Assembly: GCA_036785375.1 (NCBI GenBank)
Contig: JAWMAR010000023.1
Coordinates: forward strand, 5,828,001 to 5,892,000
Length of the DNA stretch: 64,000 bases
DNA from: Leucoraja ocellata
Taxonomy: Eukaryota
Direction of reading: 5' to 3'
In this document: piece after piece, positions 56,401 to 64,000 of the stretch
Numbering within the stretch: the stretch's first letter is position 1
Layout: every line of letters begins with the position of its first letter
Notes under the pieces: model-generated
Told to the model about the DNA's origin: nothing
The model's input: only the letters and a program-made list of their open reading frames with translations
Database searches by the model: none
Position numbers and translations under genes: made by a program

Positions 56401-59400
56401 CGTGCTGTATCTCTAAACTAAAACGAAAAACGAATATTTTCCCCAAACAGGAGTTCTTAATGATTTGTATTCAAGGGAGTCGTGCATCTCAAAGACAGTT
56501 GAGAAAAACTACAATGGCAAATACCACCAAAAAGGATTTTACAATTGTGGGAACTAGAATTGTGAAAATCATCTAACCAGGTCATAGAATAATACAATTA
56601 TATTGCAGTGAAACGGGACCCTTGGCCTAACTTATCCAAGCCAAACAAGTTGTGTATCCAAGCTAACCCCACTAGCCAATGCCTGGGCCAGATCCCTCCG
56701 AACCTTTTGTCTTCATGTACCTGTCCAAGTGTCTTTTAAATGTTGTAATTGACCCACCTCCGTCACTTCTTCTGGCAGCTCATTCCATGTATGCTGAACC
56801 CCCTATATGAAAACGTTGCCCATCAGGTCCCTTTATTTCTTTCCCTTCCTCTCGCATCGTAAATCTATGTACTCTAGTTTTTGACTCTCCTAACTTGGAA
56901 AGAGACTCTGTATTTTACTTTATCTATGCCATGTGTTTTTTTTTTACCGCTGTAAGATCATCCCTCAGCCTCCTTCACTCCAGGGGAAAAAAGACCCAGC
57001 CTATCAGCCAGGCAAAACCATGTCTCTGTTTTTCAAAGATTTATCTTTTTAAACTGACTACATGCATATCTCAGACATAACATTCTGAGTTGTGATCAGT
57101 TTTAGGTATTTGACAAGGAGCTTTTCAGTACAAAAATGTTTTAGCTGGTCGATATCACACTCACTTTTCAGGAAACAATGGTTCTTTGTGAACAAACATA
57201 GTACCTCTGTATCGGAGGTACAAGATTTAAACCTTGCTCTCAACAATCCATGATTGCAGCTTCTGCTCCAAAACCCTGATTCACACCGTGTAAAATACTT
57301 GTGTTGATGCTCCTTGCTAATGATCAGGTGATCCCCTCTCTAGTAAAGGGAAAACCCCAATCTTATCACCAACAACCAGCATTCAGAGAATTATGATCAC
57401 TTGAAATATGTTCAGACTATTACTTGGTCTGTGAATACTTGTATTACTTCCATATTATGTCCTTAAATTACATTCACCCAAATCTATGAAAACACAAAAC
57501 AAATGAACAGACATGAAACACGCACCCAGCCAATTCTCACTGTACAATGTACAAGGCATCTCACAAATGAACTGCTAGCATTCTTGTGCAAAATCATGTG
57601 CACTGTGGCATACAATCAAGATTCCACACCACACTGCATATTTTCACCCATTAATTTGTCTGCCCATCATCAAATGTACAGTTGTAATTCTATTCCAAGT
57701 TTTACATGTTAGGGAAGTCAAGATTTTAGCCTGAACGTCTGATTTTTAGACAGGCATGTGTTGAAAGTTAGTCTAATCCCTCCAACCAGACACACACACA
57801 CAATTCATGTAGGACTACAAAAGGGACATTGTTTTATAAACCTCTTGTTGTAGACTTATGGTGATGCCACATTAGTAGTACGCTCAGCAGTCAGCATAAC
57901 CTTCATTAGATTGATTTGATTAAGAGCATTTCTGTACTGAACTTTGAAGGACTTTCACCACAATATTTCTCCAAATGACGGACAATTTAAAAGTATGTTA
58001 GCAGTTTGCTAACATGCTGATATACAGTATTACAAAAGTCATCCAATAGAACATAATTCCTTTACATATTCAGTATTTGATTATATGAAGTAATAAAAGA
58101 ACAAACACATTTCAGCAGAAATTGAGTTACTTTGAATAGAACGGCTGGAAATCGGGAATAATGACAGGGAGATGGATCCTCCCAAGTGGGTAACAGTTAA
58201 CGAGGGATGGAACTTATCCTGTACCACTGGTGTGATTCTCTTTACACAAGGTTCAGAGTGGCATCCTGCCCTCTTTATATACAGTATGAGATGGGGCAAA
58301 GGACAATGTGGAAGACGGGGATGGAATGAAAACATAGAATGGAGATAAGGAGGGATTTATTTTGCCAGAGGGTGGTGAATCTGTAGAATTCATTGCCACA
58401 GATGGCTGTGGAGGCCAGTACATTGGGTCTTTTTAAAGTGGAGATTATAGGTTCTCGATTAGTATGGGCGTCAAAGGTTAAGGGTAGCAGGCAGGTGAAT
58501 GGGGTTGAGAGGGATAAAATAAATCAGCCATGATTCGAGAACCAGAGGGCATAGGTTTAAGGTGAGGAGGAAAGGTTTAATAGGAACCGGAGGGGTAACT
58601 TTTTGACACAAAGAGTGGTAGGGGTATGAAAGGAGCTGCTGGGGAAGATAGTTGAGACAGGTACTATCGCAATATTTAAGAAACATTTAGACAGGTATAT
58701 GGATAGGGCAGATTTAGAGGGATATGGGCCAAATGCAGGCAGGTGGGACTAGTGTGAATGAGACATGATGGCCGATGTGGGCAAGTTGGGCCGAAGGGCC
58801 TGTTTCCACGCTGTAAGACACTATGACTCTATAAGTCAACCTATGATTGAATTGCGTAGTAGACCCGATTGGCTGAATTACCCAATTCTGCTCCTATGCC
58901 TTACGGTCTCATAGGAAAAATAGAAGTCATGGATCAAAGATTCAATTAAACTGGCATTTATGTGGAACTGCAGAGCTGGTATAAATATTCAAAGCCAATT
59001 TATCCCAGCCACCCCAATTTTCTTCTTTTATTTTCCATAAATTGCAACAATGTTGACTCCATCCTGGGGTACAATCCCACCATTGTTAACTCTCTGCATC
59101 CATGTTCAAAAACCAAATATCTATTCAATGATTTACCATTCAACTCTAAGGTATTATTACCAAGTCAGAATGTCATCATTTACAGCCTGTGTAACCAGGA
59201 ATAGGGATGTTGGCTCTAACCCTTATCAACTACAGTTGAACTACTAACCCAGCTGAGATCAGCAAAGCTTTTTTTCTTGATTAACATCTCAGTAAAGGGA
59301 AACAAGATCTAAATTCAAAAATCAGACCTCCAATAAGTAAACATTGCAGGATGCAGTAAAGCTTTAATAGGAACTTTTCTTAAAGAGTAGTTACTGTTAG

Positions 59401-62400
59401 AAAGAAAAGAAAAATGATCCTGTCATTTTATCCTGTGACGATGTTGCAGACAGGTGGCACCATCATAGGCTTTGCTTGGTCACATTGACCAAAGAGTACA
59501 TCTAACAAATATAATGGTTCTTTCAAATACCATTGCATTAAGAGCGCATTGAAAAAACAATTCAATAACATTATGGTAAAATCATAATGGACTTTTGAGA
59601 TAATATTTATCATTTTGTTTCCTACATTCTGTGCTGAAATTGTATTGATTCTGGCAAGTAGAATATTTTCCTCTCTGGTCCTAACTCCTTTGGTCAAGAA
59701 TAATGTGGAAGGTGCATGTCAGATTTAGACCGATAATCTTTTAATTCATCAAGCTGAATAATATTTCGAATAATAACCATTCTGAAGCTCTTTGAACAAA
59801 GATGCAATTAGAAGCCAATTAGTTTCACCACCTACAAGGCACGAGTTAGGAATGCGATGCAAGACTCTCCACTTGCCTGCATGAGTGCAGCTCCATCAAT
59901 ATTCAAGCAGCTCAATACCATCTAAGAAACAACACCCCTGTTGACTGGCACCCTGTCTGCCGATCTAAGCATTCACATCCTTCACCGCTGACACAATGTG
60001 GCTGCATTGTGCACTGCCTACAAAATGCACAGCAGTTATTGCCCAAAGCTACTGCAACAGCACCTCCCAGTATGCGATCACCAGGAGGACAAGTTCCATC
60101 TCTCGGAAGATGTTTCTACAGTCCCACATTACTCTGAAACATCAGCATTCCTTCAGCGGTGTCTAGTCTTATTCTTAGATCACTCTAGCCTCTAGCACTG
60201 TGGGTTTACTTTCACATGAAGGACAGGAGGCAACTCACCTTTTCAAGGCAAATACAAAAGGAAATAACTGGGTTTGCCACCCTCAAACTGCTACTCCTCC
60301 CAATATACCATCCTCCCCTGTTCCACTCTGTTCTTCCAAGCATCTCCTCATGTAAATTATATCATTTTTATTTCCCACATTTCGATCCTTAAATCACCTG
60401 ACATTAAAAAAACTGAAATGAAAGCATCTACTTGCTTAATCTAAGGATATGCATGTGAGAACTGCACCAAGGATGGCAAACCCTATGGGCCTTTTCCAAG
60501 TTACATCTGTTGTATTTAAAAATAAACCTTCATGTTCATTTTGCCTCAAACGCTGAAGGTGTAGGCAGAAACAAGTGTTGCTCAGTTGCATCAATACTTG
60601 GATAGTATAAAAGAAGAAAAATCACTGGGTGCTTAAATCAGGATCATATAATAGTCTGGTGTTGTGCAAGCCCCTCTCATGGTGCAAAGCATCAGACAAA
60701 GCACCACCAGGCTTAAATATCAAATTTAAAATATTTTCCACTGAGAATAAATACAGATACCTTGATAATTAATCTTTAAAAATCTGTCAAAGGAGAACCA
60801 AAAAATAATCCAGATAGCAAAATGTTCTCAATTTGTTGTTGTTCCCAAAACAAATTTATTGGAGCTTAGAATTTACGCATGCACATTTACGACATTTAGA
60901 ATTCCAGTGAATTATTTGGTCTAATTTGCGAGTCATGTAGATGAACAGCATGGACACAGATCCTTTGGGCCACCGTAACTAAGCAGACAGTTAAATGAAA
61001 CATGCACTTTTAGCTTCACACTGCTCGCAACAAATGTACTATATCAAAGGTTTTGAATCTTGAATAATCAATAAACTATTGTTGGTTCAAATGCTACTTC
61101 CCAATATACTGTAGCTGATCTCAGATAGGTCTCAGTAGTTGTGTGTTGCCATTAGGCCCAGCCACATTAGGGTTGTGCACAGGGAATAGTACAAGTACTA
61201 CTCAGTTGCCCCCTCAAACAAAAAGAGTATGAACTAGATATTTGGCAGCCCTCTGTGGTATTGTAATATTACAAGAATTTATTCTTTAAGAGATTGGGGA
61301 TAAAACAAAACTTGGAAAGAGGCATTGCAAATCAATCCCATGTAAAACAGATAAAGTCCACTAATGAATGATCCTTAACATTTGCACTTCTCTAATAAAT
61401 GATCAGAGGTCCTATGGATATTCTAGGTCCTATAATGGTGACCTTCGCTTAATTATCAGTAAACAGTCTGTCATTGTTGTAAAGATGCCGATCGACATTT
61501 CTTGAACCTTTACTGTAGAAGTTACTCATTGAGGCAGGATGTAAGAAGGAAGAGGAGGTGAGTGCTTTTTCACAATTTATAGATTAAAAATTGGTGTTAC
61601 ATTCTTACTTGTGTAATGAAACTCACCTTCCATGGGTGTGTTTGGGTCTGGCCTATTAGCAAATACCACATCCACATACTCCAACTGTAACCGCTCAAGT
61701 GAAGCTTTCAGTCCTGCCAATGCAGAATACAAATATTCATTAAAAACTGAAGGGCTTAATCCTAGAGATTTTTCCTTCTCTGGATGTGATGCAACTGGCA
61801 GAATAAAGTGACAAGTGTTGTACAGCAAGAACAAAACTATTGTCTAATTCATTTCTATGAAGAAATTTAAGATAGTCACAGATGATGATTATAGAAATGG
61901 GTTAGTATAATGATACCTGTTCCCACAGCCTCATCTTCCAATAGCAGCATAATGTTTAGCATTGAATAGCATGACGTCAATTGTCTGTTCAGATATATAA
62001 TGCTGTCTCATCAATGAATCTAGTCATTTATGTTTGAGTTCAATGCAGATATATGTTAGCTCACCCAAGAGATCTAGCCATCCATCTTGATCTTTGGAAT
62101 TACCATGACTATGACTATAGTGGGGGTGGGGGGGACAGGACCCACAAGGTCACCTCACCATTGATCTGAAGCTTAATTTGATCAGCTTGATAAGTGTTGC
62201 AACTACAAGATCAGATCAGAGACTGAAGATCCTGTGGAGAGTGATTCCCTATTTGATCCCCCAGAGCCTTGCCATCATCTACTCAGCAAAGATCAAGGAT
62301 GTATGGAATGTTAGATGAATACACCTCCAACACTAAAAGTTCAACACCAGACAGAACAAAGCAGTCTGTTTGATTGGCTGTCTATCGACCACTTCACTCC

Positions 62401-63848
62401 TTTTATTACTGGTTGCAGTGCACACCATCCACAAAATACACTGCAGCTATTAAACGTGACTATTTTGACAGCATCATCTTCTCAAGAGCAATTAGATATG
62501 TGCCATGAATGTTGACTTTGCAAATGATGACCATCCTTTGTCTTTTTTCACATCTCCCTGCTTTTGAACGCAAGATTTCTGCTTAAATTAGATCCCAGTT
62601 TCTATCTGTTACTCTTGACATTAATAAGATCCCTGAACTATTTCATAACAAAGTCACTAACCAACTATTATCAGCAGCAACTTTTCCACCAGCATGATGC
62701 CCTACCTTCTATAATGTGCTTTCGGGAGAGTCCTCTCTCAGTCTCCGCTCTGCAATAAGAAATGACAAACACAGGTTTTAAAGGTTACTCTGCAATGATT
62801 AGTGATTTAGTCATCCTGGTTAATTCAGATCAAAACACATTTCCAAATATTAGAATTCAAGCCACTACATTAATATAGACAAGATCATACAAAAGCTGGA
62901 CAGTGGAGCAGTGGACCAAAGTTTGCAACATTTTTTAAATTAGAAATCTGAAAATATTAGTGGTATTAAGTAAGTAAGTAAGTTTATTGGCCAAGTATTC
63001 ATATACAAGGAATTTGCCTTGGTGCTCCGCCCACAAACATTGGCAATTTACATGTTTGATCCCATGCCCATGCTGAGGTTACTGATCAATAGTAGGGATC
63101 CTACGATCCCAATATCCCAGAATAGAATGAATAATGGAATGAAGATGGTTTACACTCCTGATCACCATCTTGTATCACCTGCTGGTGACTGTGCATGTAG
63201 AGGTTTATACCTTATGTTCATACCTTCTACCCTACCTTCACACATAGATTTCTACAGCTCAAGAAGGCCACTCATTATCAGTTTCTCTAGTGCTATCATG
63301 GATGGCTTGGCTTGTAAAGTTCACGTCTAGCTTAAAGATAAAAATGCTAAAGTCGCCTTATGAGACTCCCCTAAACACACACCTAAACAGTGCTGATTCA
63401 AAGGTTAATAATATTGACAAGCTCTCTCAGGTGGAATAAAAATATAGCCTCCTCAGTAAAATCACTAATAATTAACACAACCTTAGTGATCAAAATGTAG
63501 AAATGTCAAGTTTTTCCTAATTTCTGCCAAAAGAAATGTATTATAGACGCACCAGCACTGCTACATCAAAATGTGCCTCGCCCTGTACTCACAGACATTC
63601 TGTATCCAACTTTGTTTTACCAGACTCAAAAATCCCAAATTAAAGTTTCATGGCCACGTTTCATGATTCAGTACTCTGAAAATCGAATCCTAAACTTCCC
63701 AGTCTGAATGGCTCTGCTGTAAATTGCCTTCAAATAAATACTGAATAACTTATCAATTACATGTATTCAACAGTTTTAATCATTAAAATATCTGGTTACA
63801 TACTTTCCACCCCAGAAGATTTTGGTTGTGATGACAAGGCTGGAACGT
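38340..63848 (-). CDS. KCNAB2: KCNAB2 voltage-gated K+ channel beta-2 subunit (3' part, spliced, 10 coding exons in window; 5' exons lie beyond the window end)
   Basis: Exon peptides nearly identical to Kv-beta-2, ending ...[15 protein letters not shown]; carries the KCNAB2-type [15 protein letters not shown] cassette; syntenic with CHD5. Confidence 0.95.
39245..39516. mobile_element. Truncated DNA transposon end (Harbinger-like)
   Basis: Begins aaagccctgtcccact; CpG-rich relative to flanks; second TIR not seen. Confidence 0.4.
40031..40119 (-). CDS. KCNAB2: KCNAB2 exon ([30 protein letters not shown])
   Basis: ttgcag acceptor, CAG|gtcagt donor; 89 nt. Confidence 0.95.
41540..41660 (-). CDS. 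KCNAB2: KCNAB2 exon ([40 protein letters not shown])
   Basis: tcacag acceptor, TAG|gtaagg donor; 121 nt. Confidence 0.95.
42152..42246 (-). CDS. KCNAB2: KCNAB2 exon ([32 protein letters not shown])
   Basis: ttgaag acceptor, AAG|gtacag donor; 95 nt. Confidence 0.94.
42621..42741 (-). CDS. KCNAB2: KCNAB2 exon ([40 protein letters not shown])
   Basis: ctgcag acceptor, TCG|gtaaat donor; 121 nt. Confidence 0.95.
44119..44204 (-). CDS. KCNAB2: KCNAB2 exon ([29 protein letters not shown])
   Basis: taacag acceptor, ATG|gtaagt donor; 86 nt. Confidence 0.95.
55202..55246 (-). CDS. KCNAB2: KCNAB2 45-nt cassette exon ([15 protein letters not shown])
   Basis: ttttttattaccag acceptor, AAG|gtacac donor, symmetric phase 1; peptide matches the recalled mammalian long-isoform insert. 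Confidence 0.88.
56580..57005 (-). mobile_element. CR1-type LINE 3' fragment
   Basis: Reverse-strand CR1 3' end (tctggcagctcattccat, agatcatccctcagcctcc). Confidence 0.6.
58345..58912 (+). mobile_element. CR1-type LINE 3' fragments (nested)
   Basis: agagggtggtgaatctg, agaaccagagggcataggtttaaggtgag, gggccgaagggcctgtttcc, tatgactct tail. Confidence 0.75.
61627..61713 (-). CDS. KCNAB2: KCNAB2 exon ([29 protein letters not shown])
   Basis: tggcag acceptor, AAG|gtgagt donor; 87 nt. Confidence 0.95.
62706..62749 (-). CDS. KCNAB2: KCNAB2 exon ([14 protein letters not shown])
   Basis: attgcag acceptor, AAG|gtaggg donor; 44 nt. Confidence 0.94.
63804..63848 (-). CDS. KCNAB2: KCNAB2 exon ([15 protein letters not shown])
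   Basis: Minus-strand tttgcag acceptor, AA|gtatgt donor; 45 nt. Confidence 0.94.
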
Positions 63849-64000
63849 CTGCAAAGAGAAAAGAGAATGTTGAGAAATGGTTTTGTCTATTTTTGCATTT
63901 GAAGTTTTATGTATAGTGTTGCAAAGCTAATACAAAGGAAATGTCCATACTCACAACACAGAACAGAACATTTCTGGCAATCTTAAATATTATTTGACAT

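Noticed and set aside
63947-64000. gtgagt donor on - near the window end as a further KCNAB2 exon
   Set aside because: Upstream sequence does not encode the expected AEVVLGNIIKKKGW; that exon must lie outside the window

Overview
Vertebrate genomic DNA; the repeat families (HE1/V-SINE-like, CR1-like, Penelope-like) point to a cartilaginous fish, most likely a skate or ray. Two neuronal genes lie tail-to-tail. On + is the 3' half of CHD5: 18 coding exons from 405 to a stop at 27782, covering the end of the helicase domain, DUF1087/DUF1086 and CHDCT2. On - is the 3' part of KCNAB2 (Kv-beta-2, aldo-keto reductase fold): 10 coding exons from 63848 to a stop at 38340. Exon phases were checked by hand and are consistent. 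Most ORFs in the supplied track are spurious (repeats, antisense of exons). The most notable observations are: (1) a dispersed Penelope-like repeat carrying a minimal hammerhead-ribozyme motif, twice inserted as fold-back hairpins with target-site duplications; (2) a U12-type intron in CHD5; (3) a CHD5 terminal exon ending in a CHD3-like SUMO-interacting motif (VICIED*); (4) a likely GC-AG intron and a duplicated in-frame donor in CHD5; (5) a 45-nt KCNAB2 cassette exon ([15 protein letters not shown]) inside a 17-kb intron; (6) a non-autonomous DNA transposon with a 7-bp TSD. Comparisons with human proteins are from memory, not database searches.
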